Shown here piece after piece: positions 1 through 12,258 of a stretch of DNA of 64,000 bases. The translations under genes and the position numbers were made by a program. The notes below the pieces were generated by a model. It ran no database searches and was not told where the DNA came from. It saw only the letters and a program-made list of their open reading frames with translations. The stretch is from Opitutales bacterium (GTDB lineage Bacteria > Verrucomicrobiota > Verrucomicrobiia > Opitutales > UBA953). The number at the start of each line of letters is the position of its first letter. Within the stretch, counting starts at the first letter, position 1. The stretch lies in the NCBI GenBank assembly GCA_040398005.1, contig JBBAUX010000009.1, forward strand, positions 13,415-77,414. The letters run 5' to 3'.

Positions 1-1911
<1,911 letters not shown>

Positions 1912-2322
1912 GTGATTTCACGTCTCTGTTGCGTCGTTCTGGCATTACTCGTTACGGGTTGTGCGACGACGCCAACAGAGAGTGAAGTTGTTGAAGTTCC
2001 TTCGCCGTTCAGTAAGCCAATCGGTAGTTCAACAAACTATCGCGTTGGGTTTATCGGGCGCGCGACTGAATTCACTGGCCTCATCGCGGTTCATTTAGTC
2101 CGAGAAGCCCCGGAGTTTAACTTACGAGAGAACGATGCCATTGTCGCACGCGATATCGACCTCAAGCCAACCGCGTTATTAAGTGTGCAGTCAATCAAGG
2201 GTCGGGTCTGCCTCGTAAAACTTAGTAAGGGTCGGACCATGCCCGACCAAGAGGTCGTTCTTCCCAACAGCAAAACCCGCGAAGAAGCGGAGACTTTGCC
2301 CTTGTTCACTTCCGGCTCTTGA
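1912..2322 (+). CDS. Hypothetical lipoprotein
   Basis: Signal peptide with lipobox LVTG|C; directly abuts the rpoD stop. Confidence 0.7.
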   Translation: MISRLCCVVLALLVTGCATTPTESEVVEVPSPFSKPIGSSTNYRVGFIGRATEFTGLIAVHLVREAPEFNLRENDAIVARDIDLKPTALLSVQSIKGRVCLVKLSKGRTMPDQEVVLPNSKTREEAETLPLFTSGS

Positions 2323-2356
2323 CCTTCGGGGCAAGGAAGCCCACGTTGCAAACTCT

Positions 2357-3460
2357 ATGTTACAGGCAGGCATCGTCGGACTACCCAACGTCGGTAAGTC
2401 CACTCTCTTCAACGCGCTCACCCGCTCACGCAAAGCCGAGGCGGCGAACTATCCGTTCTGCACCATCGAGCCCAATATCGGCGTCGTCGAAGTTCCCGAC
2501 GATCGTCTCTTCGAACTTCAAAAAATCGCTGGCACTAAAGTCGTCATCCCTGCGGCCATTGAATTTGTGGATATTGCAGGTTTAGTAGCGGGTGCCTCTA
2601 AAGGTGAAGGCCTCGGAAATAAATTTTTAGCTAACATTCGTGAAGTGGATGCCGTCGTCCACGTTGTCCGTTGTTTCGACAACGATGACATCTTGCACAC
2701 CATGGGCAAAGTTGACCCTATCCGCGATATCGGTGTGATTGAAACCGAACTGATTTTAGCCGACATTCAATCGGCCGAACAGCAACTCGATAAAAATCAA
2801 AAGAAGATTAAGAGTCAGGACAAAGACGCCATCGCCAACGTCGAATTACTTACCCGCCTCGTTAAACATTTAAATGACGGCAAACCTGCCTCCAGCTTAT
2901 CAGTGAACGAAGAAGAAAGGCTGAGAATTAAAAGCTACGCTCTGTTGTCATCGAAATCGGTTCTCTATGCGTGTAATGTCGCCGAAGAACATTTAGCGGA
3001 TCCTTCCAAGAATCCTTACGTCGAAGCTGTCCGTAAACATATTGCTGAGCAATCCGGCTGTGAAGCGGTCGTGATCTGTGCTCAAGTCGAAGCCGAACTC
3101 TGTGAGCTACCTCCGAACGAAGCTAAAGATTATCTCAGTGCTCTCGGCGTAACCGACTCCGGTGTTTCGGGATTAATCCGCGGCGCTTATAAATTACTCG
3201 GACTGGCGACCTATTTCACTGCGGGAGAAAAAGAAGTACGTGCCTGGACCTTTCGCCACGGCATGACCGCTCCACAATGTGCGGGCGTTATTCATACCGA
3301 TTTTGAAAAAGGATTTATTAAGGCTGAAATCGTCGCTTACGCTGACCTCTTAAAGCTCGGTTCCGTTGCCGCTGCCCGCGACGCTGGAAAATATCGACTC
3401 GAAGGTAAAGAGTACCTGTTCAAGGACGGAGATGTCACCTTATTCCGTTTTGCTAACTAA
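2357..3460 (+). CDS. ychF: Ribosome-binding ATPase YchF (Obg family)
   Basis: [35 protein letters not shown]-terminal TGS domain [13 protein letters not shown]. Confidence 0.97.
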   Translation: MLQAGIVGLPNVGKSTLFNALTRSRKAEAANYPFCTIEPNIGVVEVPDDRLFELQKIAGTKVVIPAAIEFVDIAGLVAGASKGEGLGNKFLANIREVDAVVHVVRCFDNDDILHTMGKVDPIRDIGVIETELILADIQSAEQQLDKNQKKIKSQDKDAIANVELLTRLVKHLNDGKPASSLSVNEEERLRIKSYALLSSKSVLYACNVAEEHLADPSKNPYVEAVRKHIAEQSGCEAVVICAQVEAELCELPPNEAKDYLSALGVTDSGVSGLIRGAYKLLGLATYFTAGEKEVRAWTFRHGMTAPQCAGVIHTDFEKGFIKAEIVAYADLLKLGSVAAARDAGKYRLEGKEYLFKDGDVTLFRFAN

Positions 3461-3562
3461 ACACACTGCCCGGAGCTATAATTAAGAATAGTCCCTATTA
3501 GTTTAGTTGATAATACTGCCTTTTGGTTGCCAATAAGGGGGTGAGTTATTCTCTCAACCCAG

Positions 3563-4162
3563 ATGAAGCACTGGTTGATCATTCTACCTTTAATCCTCTG
3601 CGCTTGTAAGCCCGAGCCAAAGATTTCGACCTATGAAGTGAAGTCAGAAAACGCGTCGGTCGCCGCCAAAAGGAAAGAAGATTCATCGATGACCAATAAT
3701 ACGATGAAAGGTAACGCCTCCATGCAGGCTGAAGTGGCGGCTGTTGCCGAACCTAAGTGGGGCACAGTTCCCAAGACCTGGATCACCTCGGCTCCTAACC
3801 CCATGCGCAAAGGCAGTTGGAGTATTACACAGGCGGATGGCACTAAAGCTGAAATCGCGGTCACCGTTTTCCCGGGAGATGTGGGTGGCGACACGGCGAA
3901 CGTCAATCGCTGGCGGGGTCAAATCGGATTAGAAAAAGTCAGTGATGAAAAAATCAAATCCGAACAAAGTTCTATCACCGTAGCTAATCTTACTGGCCGA
4001 CTTTACTATCTGGTATCGAGCGATGGAAAGAGTTCTACCACCGCGGTTATTCTTCCCAAAAATAATTCGACTTGGTTTTTCAAACTCACGGGTGATACCG
4101 CCATCGTGAACGCCGAGAAGGAATCATTCTTAAAAATGGTAACCCAAACTCAACTACCATGA
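3563..4162 (+). CDS. Uncharacterised lipoprotein coupled to ccsBA
   Basis: Lipobox-like LILCA|C; motif GGDTANVNRWRGQIGL; ATGA overlap with the next gene. Confidence 0.75.
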   Translation: MKHWLIILPLILCACKPEPKISTYEVKSENASVAAKRKEDSSMTNNTMKGNASMQAEVAAVAEPKWGTVPKTWITSAPNPMRKGSWSITQADGTKAEIAVTVFPGDVGGDTANVNRWRGQIGLEKVSDEKIKSEQSSITVANLTGRLYYLVSSDGKSSTTAVILPKNNSTWFFKLTGDTAIVNAEKESFLKMVTQTQLP

Positions 4163-7100
4163 GTTCAACCCCATCAACAGTTTTTAGTCGAATCTACAAA
4201 TTCGCAGCGTCACTCAAACTGACGGTCGCGCTCATGGGATTGTCGATGATCCTGATTTTATTAGGGACACTGGAACAAGTTCACTGGGGCGTCTGGCATG
4301 TCCAAAAAGAATATTTCAGCAGTTGGTTTTGTGTCTATCCGCTTAATTCATCCGCACCCATTCATCTACCTCTGCCTGCGGGTTTTCTGTTAGGACTATT
4401 ATTAGTGATTAATTTAATCTGTGCTCACTTCCAAAAGTTTCAGGATAAAAAAGGCTACAAGCATTGGGGCATTAAGATGATTCACGTCGGTTTACTGATC
4501 CTTTTAATCGGCGGATTCGTCACCGCCGTGTACCAAGATGAATCAGCGATGGTCATACCGGAAAAAGAACAACGGAACTTCACCGAAGCGTTTCGTAGTC
4601 ATGAAGTAGTCGTGATTGAACATACACCCAGTGGAACTGATAAAGTAATCTCTGTACCCGAGGAACTTCTCCAGAAAACTACGCTAAGCCTACCCAATAC
4701 TTCTTTGACCGCTAAAGTTTTAAAGTATTACCCCAATTCTATCATCAGAGCTAAATCGCAATTTCCCAAAGGCGAAGTCGTACAAGTCACGCAAGGCGTT
4801 GGTGCGCGCACACCGTTAGCGTATAAGCCGATTCCCGAAAGTTTTGATGACAACAATCCGAACAATCCTCTGGCGATTGTGGAATTGAGTTCCGGAAAAG
4901 TCAGTCTGGGTTCTTGGATTCTGAATGCTCAGCTGGGTGACTCTCTTCCCGCCCAAACCTTTGTCCACGAAGGAAAAAATTACGAAATCGCTCTCCGAAA
5001 ACTTCGTCATTATCTACCCTTCTCCATTACCCTTAACCAATTTACGCACGAGAAGTATCCAGGAACCGAGATTCCCAAGCGCTTCGTGAGTGATGTGATT
5101 GTCACCGGTGAAACCGCAAAATTTCCTTATACCATTTCCATGAATCAGCCAATGCGTCATGGTGGAATGACTTTTTTCCAGTCAAGTTTTGGTGCTACTT
5201 CGGAAGGTAAAAATATTTCTGTCCTGCAAGTCGTGCGTAATCCCGGTTGGTTAATCCCTTACATTTCTGTCAGCCTCATGTCCTTAGGACTGCTCTGGCA
5301 TTTCTGTCTATCCCTCGGAAAGTTCTTGAATCGTAAGACTACCACCACCGCATTAAGTATTTTCGCGCTGGGTCTATTTCCATTAACTGCCGAGTCGGCC
5401 GAAAAAAATTGGGATACCAGAGAGTTTGGTAATATACCGGTGCAAACGGGTGGTCGGGTCATTCCGATTGAAACCTTAGCCAGCTCGGCACTGCTCCAGA
5501 TGCGGGCGCGACGCGAAATCGCCCTGACTGATGTTGAAGCCATCGCCTTCGGAAAAAAACCTTCCACGTGGACCGCCGAAGAATCGGCCTTAATTGCCAA
5601 AGATTTACCCGACCTAGATGCCGTCGCCAAAACCGCACTCGAAGCTCGCAGCGTAAACCTGAAAGGAAAATCGATCAGCGCCTTAGATTGGTTCATTGAA
5701 GTTTCCTTCCGAGGACATGTTGCAAAATTCCTGCCCACCTTCCGCGTCGATCATCCCGTGGTACTTAAGATGATGGGACGTGATCCTGAAAAAACTAAAT
5801 TCCTCAGCTGGAATGATGTCATCAAGAACAGTGAAAGCCTAACCAAAGCAGCTGAAAAATCTCGGTCTCTCGCTCAGGCCAATCGTGAAGCTGAAGACCG
5901 CGCGCTCATTCAATTAGAAAGCGCCGCTCGGCAATATGCTAATTTGGCTATGGCTTTTATTCCCGGCGATTTACCCGCCGAGATCTCCCCTCAACAAGAA
6001 TATCAAACTTGGCTCAGCTCGCTTAATCGTGCCGCCGCGCAAATTTCCGAAAAGAAAAGTACGGATGGCAGTGCCCCTAAGTTCGACAAAGAACTTCAAG
6101 ATAATTTAAAATTCCTCGTCGAGCGTTATCAAAACTTTAGTCGTGAAGGCAGCATACGCATTGTTCCTCCGCTCCCAACAAATGTGAATCAGGAGTGGGA
6201 TAACTTGGGTATCGCTCTACTTTCCGTCATCTCCGAACGCAATTTACATCGTCCTGCTCTTGCCGCGGACGGCACCCTCACCCGCTATGCCAATTTCTGT
6301 ACTGCGTGGCGGGAAGGTCGCGATGATGATTGTGCGTTGCAAATCCGCGCACTCTACGCTGCCCAAACGGGACCATGGACTGCACGCACGGATGCCGAAA
6401 CCATTTTTAGTCGACTCCAAATATTCTATTGGATGCTGATCGCCTACTTCATCTTAATTTTATTCGTCCTCTGGGCCTGGGTCACAGAAAAAGGTCGAAC
6501 CCAATTCAATTGGGCTTATGCGATGCTGGTTACCATTTTCGTTTTGCACACCGTTGCCCTAGGCTTCCGGATGTGGCTGCACGAACGTCCCCCAGTCACG
6601 AATTTATATTCCTCAGGTATCTTTGTGGCTTGGGGTGCAGTCTTACTCGGTATCATCTTAGAAAAAATTTGGCGGAATGGGATTGGATCGGTTGCCGCCG
6701 GGGTCAGTGGCTTCGTTTCTCTCATTGTCGCCCATAATCTCGCCTTATCGGGCGAAGATAATTTAGAAAGCGTGCGGGCCGTATTGGATTCCAATTTCTG
6801 GCTCTCCACCCACGTCACCACCGTGACGATTGGATACTCAGCCACCTACGTCGCTGGTCTCGTCGCTGCCATTCACTTATGGTTGCGGGTGTTTAAAAAG
6901 GATTACCGCGAAGGCGAATCCGTCGCCCGTGCTGCTTATGGTATTCTAGCGTTCGCCACTCTTGCCAGTTTCGTGGGTACGATGCTTGGGGGAATTTGGG
7001 CCGATCAAAGCTGGGGCAGATTCTGGGGCTGGGATCCCAAGGAAAATGGCGCCGTACTCATTGTACTTTGGTGTGCCATTTGTCTACACGCTCGCTGGGG

Positions 7101-7317
7101 TGGACTGGTTAAACGCGAAGGACTCATGCAAATGCTCGTCTTCGGAAATATTGTCACGAGCTGGTCCTGGTTTGGTACGAACTTGCTGGGCGTTGGGTTG
7201 CACAGCTACGGATTCACCGAATCTGGTTTCTTCTGGCTCTGTGCCTTTGCCGTCACCCAACTCATCATCATCGCGCTAGGCTGGCTTCCCGCACGCAATG
7301 AAGTTCAAGCTTCATGA
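4159..7317 (+). CDS. ccsA: Fused cytochrome c biogenesis protein CcsBA (ResB-like plus CcsA/ResC), System II
   Basis: N-terminal ResB-like region (ASLKLTVALM, IHVG, ISMNQPMRHGG..FFQSSF) and C-terminal WWD domain WADQSWGRFWGWDPKEN, with conserved His in STHVT, LHARW and GLHSY. Confidence 0.92.
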   Translation: MSSTPSTVFSRIYKFAASLKLTVALMGLSMILILLGTLEQVHWGVWHVQKEYFSSWFCVYPLNSSAPIHLPLPAGFLLGLLLVINLICAHFQKFQDKKGYKHWGIKMIHVGLLILLIGGFVTAVYQDESAMVIPEKEQRNFTEAFRSHEVVVIEHTPSGTDKVISVPEELLQKTTLSLPNTSLTAKVLKYYPNSIIRAKSQFPKGEVVQVTQGVGARTPLAYKPIPESFDDNNPNNPLAIVELSSGKVSLGSWILNAQLGDSLPAQTFVHEGKNYEIALRKLRHYLPFSITLNQFTHEKYPGTEIPKRFVSDVIVTGETAKFPYTISMNQPMRHGGMTFFQSSFGATSEGKNISVLQVVRNPGWLIPYISVSLMSLGLLWHFCLSLGKFLNRKTTTTALSIFALGLFPLTAESAEKNWDTREFGNIPVQTGGRVIPIETLASSALLQMRARREIALTDVEAIAFGKKPSTWTAEESALIAKDLPDLDAVAKTALEARSVNLKGKSISALDWFIEVSFRGHVAKFLPTFRVDHPVVLKMMGRDPEKTKFLSWNDVIKNSESLTKAAEKSRSLAQANREAEDRALIQLESAARQYANLAMAFIPGDLPAEISPQQEYQTWLSSLNRAAAQISEKKSTDGSAPKFDKELQDNLKFLVERYQNFSREGSIRIVPPLPTNVNQEWDNLGIALLSVISERNLHRPALAADGTLTRYANFCTAWREGRDDDCALQIRALYAAQTGPWTARTDAETIFSRLQIFYWMLIAYFILILFVLWAWVTEKGRTQFNWAYAMLVTIFVLHTVALGFRMWLHERPPVTNLYSSGIFVAWGAVLLGIILEKIWRNGIGSVAAGVSGFVSLIVAHNLALSGEDNLESVRAVLDSNFWLSTHVTTVTIGYSATYVAGLVAAIHLWLRVFKKDYREGESVARAAYGILAFATLASFVGTMLGGIWADQSWGRFWGWDPKENGAVLIVLWCAICLHARWGGLVKREGLMQMLVFGNIVTSWSWFGTNLLGVGLHSYGFTESGFFWLCAFAVTQLIIIALGWLPARNEVQAS

Positions 7318-7835
7318 GTGACTCACCGGAAAATTTCTGGTTCTGCATAAAATCCAAACCTCGCCAAGAGGCGGTCGCCGTTCGCAATTTAAAGGCCGTC
7401 GGTGACATCGACATTTTCTTTCCACGCATTCGTCGTACCCGACGTGGACACGAGAAAAACAAAGAGGTCATCGAACCTCTTTTTCCCGGATATATCTTCG
7501 TTAAATTTAATCCTGAAGACTCACAAGGCACGGTCAAAAGCACTCGCGGCGTACTTCATTTAGTCAGTAAAAACGGCAAAGCGGTCGATGTTGATCATAA
7601 AGTCATCGACGAATTAAAAGCCCTCGGCCCTGACGGTATCTTATCGATGCTCGATGAAGAATTAAAAGTGGGGGCAAAAATTAAAGTGATTCGTGGAATC
7701 TTTGCGGGATCGGAAGGCGAAGTTTTAAAACTCGCCACCCCACAAAAAAGAATCGCCGTCCTCCTTACCTTACTGGGCGCCCAGCAATCGGTGGAAATGC
7801 CGATGGATGATGTCGCCACAACCGAGGAAGAATAA
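7314..7835 (+). CDS. RfaH/UpxY-like NusG paralog (transcription antitermination factor)
   Basis: NGN domain WFCIKSKPRQE..EPLFPGYIFV..VKSTRGV and KOW motif VGAKIKVIRGIFAGSEG. Confidence 0.85.
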   Translation: MSDSPENFWFCIKSKPRQEAVAVRNLKAVGDIDIFFPRIRRTRRGHEKNKEVIEPLFPGYIFVKFNPEDSQGTVKSTRGVLHLVSKNGKAVDVDHKVIDELKALGPDGILSMLDEELKVGAKIKVIRGIFAGSEGEVLKLATPQKRIAVLLTLLGAQQSVEMPMDDVATTEEE

Positions 7836-7842
7836 TCCGGAA

Positions 7843-8304
7843 ATGATTCAAGATCTGCTCGTCCATTCCCATCGAAGCGAAAACTTACATCCGTATTTTC
7901 CTCAGGCGTTCCAATGGCTTAAATCTTTTAATCCAAATACACCCGATGGAAAATATGAAATCGTCGGATCCGATTGTGTAGCCGGCGTGCAACGCTATCA
8001 GACTAAGCCCACCACAGAAAAGAAGTGGGAAGCCCACCAAGTGTTCGGCGATATTCAAGTGGTCTTTGCGGGCGAAGAATACTGCGGACATCACGACGTC
8101 GCCTTACTTGAAATCCTTGAACCTTATTCAGCAGAAAAAGATGTCGCTAAGTTTGTGGCCCCGACGACGCCCTCGACGCTTCTCCATCTCTACCCTTCGC
8201 AGTTTACTATTTTCTACCCTTCTGATGCCCATCAACCTGGGGTACAAATTTCAAAATCCGGCGAAGTTCTTAAGGTAGTTATCAAATTTAAATTAAAGGT
8301 ATAA
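7843..8304 (+). CDS. YhcH/YjgK/YiaL (DUF386) family protein
   Basis: WEAHQVFGDIQVVFAGEE, FTIFYPSDAHQPG, KVVIK. ATG7843 chosen to avoid the upstream overlap. Confidence 0.85.
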   Translation: MIQDLLVHSHRSENLHPYFPQAFQWLKSFNPNTPDGKYEIVGSDCVAGVQRYQTKPTTEKKWEAHQVFGDIQVVFAGEEYCGHHDVALLEILEPYSAEKDVAKFVAPTTPSTLLHLYPSQFTIFYPSDAHQPGVQISKSGEVLKVVIKFKLKV

Positions 8305-8347
8305 TTTAACTCTCGCAGATTAGGATTTTAAGACCTAAAAGTGGTTT

Positions 8348-9052
8348 ATGGGAAATCCCTGCCGTCTCATTCTCGCGCTCGATGTTGAGAGCAAAGAAGA
8401 GGCACTGTCCTTGGTTCGTCCACTCATTGGAAAAGTGGCATGGGTAAAATTAGGCCTTCAGCTTTTCGTTAAATACGGACCCAGTATCGTCGACGAATTT
8501 CATGCGTTGGGATTCAAAGTATTTCTAGATTTAAAATTAAACGATATCCCGAACACCGTCAGCTCAGCGATCAAAAGTCTGAAAGGTCGCCCCTGCTCCC
8601 TACTGACGCTTCATGCCAGTGGTGGACCCGAAATGCTCGCTCGCGCCGTCGAAGCGGCAAAGCAGAATATCCCTAACTGCCAGCTCTTAGCCGTCACGGT
8701 TCTCACCTCGATGGACCAAGCCCAGCTCCATGCGGTCGGGGTAAAGTCGAGCCCCGAAGAACAAGTTAAGTTACTCGCTAAAATGGCTGTGCAATCGGGC
8801 GTTCATGGATGCGTGTGTTCTCCATTAGAATTACCACTGCTCCGAAAAGAATTAGGCCCCAAGCCTGTTTTAGTCACACCCGGTATTCGTTATCCCGACG
8901 GCAAAGCCGATGACCAAAATCGCGTGATGACTCCGATTCAAGCAGCGCAAGCGGGCGCCAGCTTCATCGTCGTTGGACGACCGATTTTAAAAGCCGCAGA
9001 TCCCGTCGCGGAAACGATTAAAATTTGCCGAGAAATCGGTGAGACGAAATGA
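8348..9052 (+). CDS. pyrF: Orotidine-5'-phosphate decarboxylase
   Basis: ILALD, VFLDLKLNDIPNTV, AVTVLTS, TPGIR, DDQNRV, IVVGRPI. Confidence 0.97.
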   Translation: MGNPCRLILALDVESKEEALSLVRPLIGKVAWVKLGLQLFVKYGPSIVDEFHALGFKVFLDLKLNDIPNTVSSAIKSLKGRPCSLLTLHASGGPEMLARAVEAAKQNIPNCQLLAVTVLTSMDQAQLHAVGVKSSPEEQVKLLAKMAVQSGVHGCVCSPLELPLLRKELGPKPVLVTPGIRYPDGKADDQNRVMTPIQAAQAGASFIVVGRPILKAADPVAETIKICREIGETK

Positions 9053-9756
9053 GCAAACCTGGCGACATCCTCGTGCTGCTCGCTGCGGGCCTTGCCCGTC
9101 GCATGCAGAAAGTGGTCGATGATAAAATTACGGCGACGCTACACGGTAAGCCAGTTTTTTTCTATTCACTCAATGCATTCTACACGACAGGCAAAATTGC
9201 GAAAGTAATCATCACCTATCGTGACCCTGAACAATTAAAAAAATTACAAACCGCTTATGCCACATTCAATTTTCCTCATTGGGAAGTTGAATATGTGTTA
9301 GGCGGTGAGAGCCGACAAGCATCCGTCCTCGCTGCACTCGAAACCTGTGCCGATCACCCGGGCTTGGTCCACATTCACGATGGAGCTCGTCCGCTGATTA
9401 CCCCGGCCGCCATTAATTTAGTTCGCGCTCAAGCTTTTAAATCAGGAGCCGCCATCCTCGCAGGAAGAGCTGCCGATACCATTAAGATTGCCCAAAAGAG
9501 CCGCAATGCCGTCGAGACTTCGCCCGATCGTTCACTCGTCTGGACCGCGGAAACGCCCCAAGTATTTCGCACCTCCGTCATCCTCAAAGCTTATCGCAAA
9601 GTAAATGCGACTGGGGAAAAAGTGACCGACGACAGTTCCGCCGTGGCTACCATCGGACAAGAAATATCTTTAGTAGAAAATACCGATGTGAATATTAAAC
9701 TCACTCGCCCGAGTGATTTTACCATCGCCGAAGCGATTTTAAAATCGCGCGCTTAG
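9049..9756 (+). CDS. ispD: 2-C-methyl-D-erythritol 4-phosphate cytidylyltransferase
   Basis: LAAG..RM, GGESRQASV, HIHDGARP, ETPQVF, TDD, NIKLTRPSD. Confidence 0.9.
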   Translation: MSKPGDILVLLAAGLARRMQKVVDDKITATLHGKPVFFYSLNAFYTTGKIAKVIITYRDPEQLKKLQTAYATFNFPHWEVEYVLGGESRQASVLAALETCADHPGLVHIHDGARPLITPAAINLVRAQAFKSGAAILAGRAADTIKIAQKSRNAVETSPDRSLVWTAETPQVFRTSVILKAYRKVNATGEKVTDDSSAVATIGQEISLVENTDVNIKLTRPSDFTIAEAILKSRA

Positions 9757-10217
9757 AATCCAGACTGACGTAAGGCCGCGTCTAACTTTTGTTGGAATTC
9801 GACGATATCATTTTGGGTTGGACGATATCCCTGCGTGCGCGGGACGAGTCCAGGTCGACCTTCCATATCTAAATACCAATCAGCTTTTTGACTGTCGGAG
9901 AAAGTGACACTACCACTGACCATCGTGCCCGGACGACAAATGGTATCCACTTCTACCCTCACGCCGGCGGTAGCATCCGCAGGTGCCGCTTCAGCAGGCA
10001 AAGCCTCATCCGTGGCGGCCACAACTTCCTCAGGTTTCTTCGGCTCTTCTTTTTCTTGGAGAGTGAGATTTAAGTCATCGACCAGGAAGCGGACATCTAA
10101 GAAAGTCATCGAAATACCCAGCTCAGTTGAAATTTTTCCTTGGATGACAGAAAGCGACGCCCCCTCGGCCACCCATTGAGAAACCTTCGAAATTTGTTCC
10201 TTCGTTAATTCACGCAT
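9753..10217 (-). CDS. Hypothetical protein (helical N-domain, acidic Pro/Ala linker, beta C-domain)
   Basis: Clean 154-aa ORF filling the gap, convergent with ispD; upstream TTGAAA-N17-CAGTTT. Confidence 0.8.
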   Translation of the reverse strand: MRELTKEQISKVSQWVAEGASLSVIQGKISTELGISMTFLDVRFLVDDLNLTLQEKEEPKKPEEVVAATDEALPAEAAPADATAGVRVEVDTICRPGTMVSGSVTFSDSQKADWYLDMEGRPGLVPRTQGYRPTQNDIVEFQQKLDAALRQSGF

Positions 10218-10270
10218 ACCTAAAACTGGATGGGTTGGAGCAAATTTTCAAGCGTCCCCTCTCTTATTCA

Positions 10271-10299
10271 TTGGAAATTATTGTTTAACCCCTCACTGT
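10271..10299 (+). promoter_or_regulatory. Putative sigma70 promoter for menB (leaderless geometry)
   Basis: TTGGAA(10271)-N17-CACTGT(10294-10299); ATG at 10306. Confidence 0.45.
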
Positions 10300-10305
10300 A
10301 GGCCT

Positions 10306-11151
10306 ATGCAACCCACACTAAAGTGGATAAAACACGGTAACTATACCGATATTATTTACGAGAAAACCGAAGGTATCGCTCGCGTGACGATGAATCGGAC
10401 CGATCGACGTAACGCGTTCACACCCGATACCGTCGCGGAAATGATCAAAGCGTTTAACGATGCCCGCGATGATGAAACGATCGGCGTTGTTCTACTGCGC
10501 GGTGCCAACCCTCAGTCCGATGGCAAATTTGCTTTCTGCGCTGGCGGAGATCAAAAAGTGCGCGGCAGCCAAGCAGGTGGCTACGTGGGTAAAGACGGCG
10601 TACCCCGACTCAATATTTTAGATTTACAGCGTCTGATTCGCTCCATGCCCAAAGTAGTTATCGCACTCGTGGCAGGTTATGCCATCGGTGGCGGTCATGT
10701 GCTTCACGTCATTTGCGATTTAACCATTGCGGCAGATAACGCGGTCTTCGGTCAAACTGGTCCGACCGTCGGAAGTTTCGATGGTGGCTTCGGCGCTTCT
10801 TACCTCGCTCGACATGTTGGACAAAAGAAAGCGCGTGAGATTTGGTTTCTCTGCCGACAGTACAATGCCACCCAAGCTCTCGAGATGGGTCTCATCAACA
10901 CCGTCGTGCCTTACGAACAATTAGACAACGAAGGTATCAAGTGGGCACAAGAAGTCATGACGAAGAGTCCACTCGCAATTCGCTGCCTAAAATCGGCCTT
11001 TAATGCCGAGCTCGATGGACAAGCCGGTATTCAAGAACTTTCCGGAAACGCCACCCTACTTTACTATTTATCGGAAGAAGGCGACGAAGGCAGAAAAGCA
11101 TGGAACGAAAAACGTCCGCCTAACTTTGGAAAATTTCCATGGCTACCGTAA
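10306..11151 (+). CDS. menB: 1,4-dihydroxy-2-naphthoyl-CoA synthase
   Basis: [44 protein letters not shown]. Confidence 0.97.
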   Translation: MQPTLKWIKHGNYTDIIYEKTEGIARVTMNRTDRRNAFTPDTVAEMIKAFNDARDDETIGVVLLRGANPQSDGKFAFCAGGDQKVRGSQAGGYVGKDGVPRLNILDLQRLIRSMPKVVIALVAGYAIGGGHVLHVICDLTIAADNAVFGQTGPTVGSFDGGFGASYLARHVGQKKAREIWFLCRQYNATQALEMGLINTVVPYEQLDNEGIKWAQEVMTKSPLAIRCLKSAFNAELDGQAGIQELSGNATLLYYLSEEGDEGRKAWNEKRPPNFGKFPWLP

Positions 11152-11717
11152 TCCCTATTCGCGTCACTGAACGGGCCCAAGCTCTCGCCAGCGAAGTTTT
11201 AAACTTGGGTGACATTGCCATCGATGCCACTGCCGGAAAAGGTCGCGACACCGCTTTCTTAGCCCAAACCGTCGGCCCAACGGGTTGGGTGCATTCTTTC
11301 GACATTCAAACGGAAGCCATTGAGTCGACCCACAAACTTTTAGTGGCTTCAGGTTTAATCAATCGAGTAACACTGCATCATCTTTCCCACGCAGAAATTT
11401 CTACAGCCTTACCCGAGTCACACCATGGAAAAATATCTGTCGCTCTTTTTAATTTAGGTTACCTTCCAGGTAGTGATCAGAAAATTATCACTCATCCGGA
11501 AAGTACGAGTACCGCATTACAATCGGCATTTCATGAACTAAAAACGGGCGGGCGACTCATCTGCGTCGCTTATACCGGACATCCTGGCGGAAAAGAAGAG
11601 TCTCAAGTAGTCGAAAAATTTGCCGAGATGTGCGAAAAAAGCGGGAATAGCGTCGAAAAGATAGGTTATACGGCCCATCAGCCGAAGCCCTGGATCTTGG
11701 TGGTTTCAAGGAACTGA
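11139..11717 (+). CDS. Class I SAM-dependent methyltransferase, YtqB/MnmM-like
   Basis: [33 protein letters not shown]. Confidence 0.85.
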   Translation: MATVIPIRVTERAQALASEVLNLGDIAIDATAGKGRDTAFLAQTVGPTGWVHSFDIQTEAIESTHKLLVASGLINRVTLHHLSHAEISTALPESHHGKISVALFNLGYLPGSDQKIITHPESTSTALQSAFHELKTGGRLICVAYTGHPGGKEESQVVEKFAEMCEKSGNSVEKIGYTAHQPKPWILVVSRN

Positions 11718-11757
11718 TTATTGTAGATTATTGGAGGTGAGGGTCTATCATTACACG

Positions 11758-12258
11758 ATGGTTCAGGTAGCAGACAAAGAAGTGAAGTCTTGGTTTAAGA
11801 CCTATCAGCCGCTTTTAGTAATCGTGACGATGATTACTTTAGTGTCGTTACAAAGTTGGCCCGATCGCGAAGCGTTCATGCTGAATTTTATGGCGGGATT
11901 TTTCATCGTCTTCGGGACGTTCAAACTTTTCGACTTAGCGGGATTTAAATCGGCATTTTCTACATATGATTTACTTGCGCAAAAATGGTCATCGTATGGC
12001 CTGATTTATCCGTTCCTCGAACTACTCCTCGGCTTCGCCTTTCTCTTTAAATACCAAATTCATTACGCACTTTGGGGATCGGTCGTACTGATGGGCTTTG
12101 GCAGTTTAGGAGTGATCAACGCCTTGCGACAAAATAAGCAAATTCAGTGTGGCTGCCTGGGGACGAGCCTAAATTTACCCATGTCGACCATCACTATCGT
12201 TGAAGATTTAGTCATGGTAATCATGTCGATTATCATGTTATTAAAATTAATATCGTGA
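11758..12258 (+). CDS. MauE/DoxX-like membrane protein
   Basis: Four TM helices; FMAGFF..F..FK, YDLLA, YPFLE, IQCGCLG, TIVED. Confidence 0.75.
   Translation: MVQVADKEVKSWFKTYQPLLVIVTMITLVSLQSWPDREAFMLNFMAGFFIVFGTFKLFDLAGFKSAFSTYDLLAQKWSSYGLIYPFLELLLGFAFLFKYQIHYALWGSVVLMGFGSLGVINALRQNKQIQCGCLGTSLNLPMSTITIVEDLVMVIMSIIMLLKLIS

Noticed and set aside
3487..3513. CCTAT/ATAGG-containing AT-rich motif shared with the cysI and cysK upstream regions (Rrf2-like)
   Set aside because: Half-site spacing differs in all three places (N4, N5, N6), so no consistent motif can be supported.
9966..9977. ops-like GGCGGTAGCATC near the RfaH-like gene
   Set aside because: It mismatches the terminal TG, lies antisense within a CDS, and is not in an operon leader.
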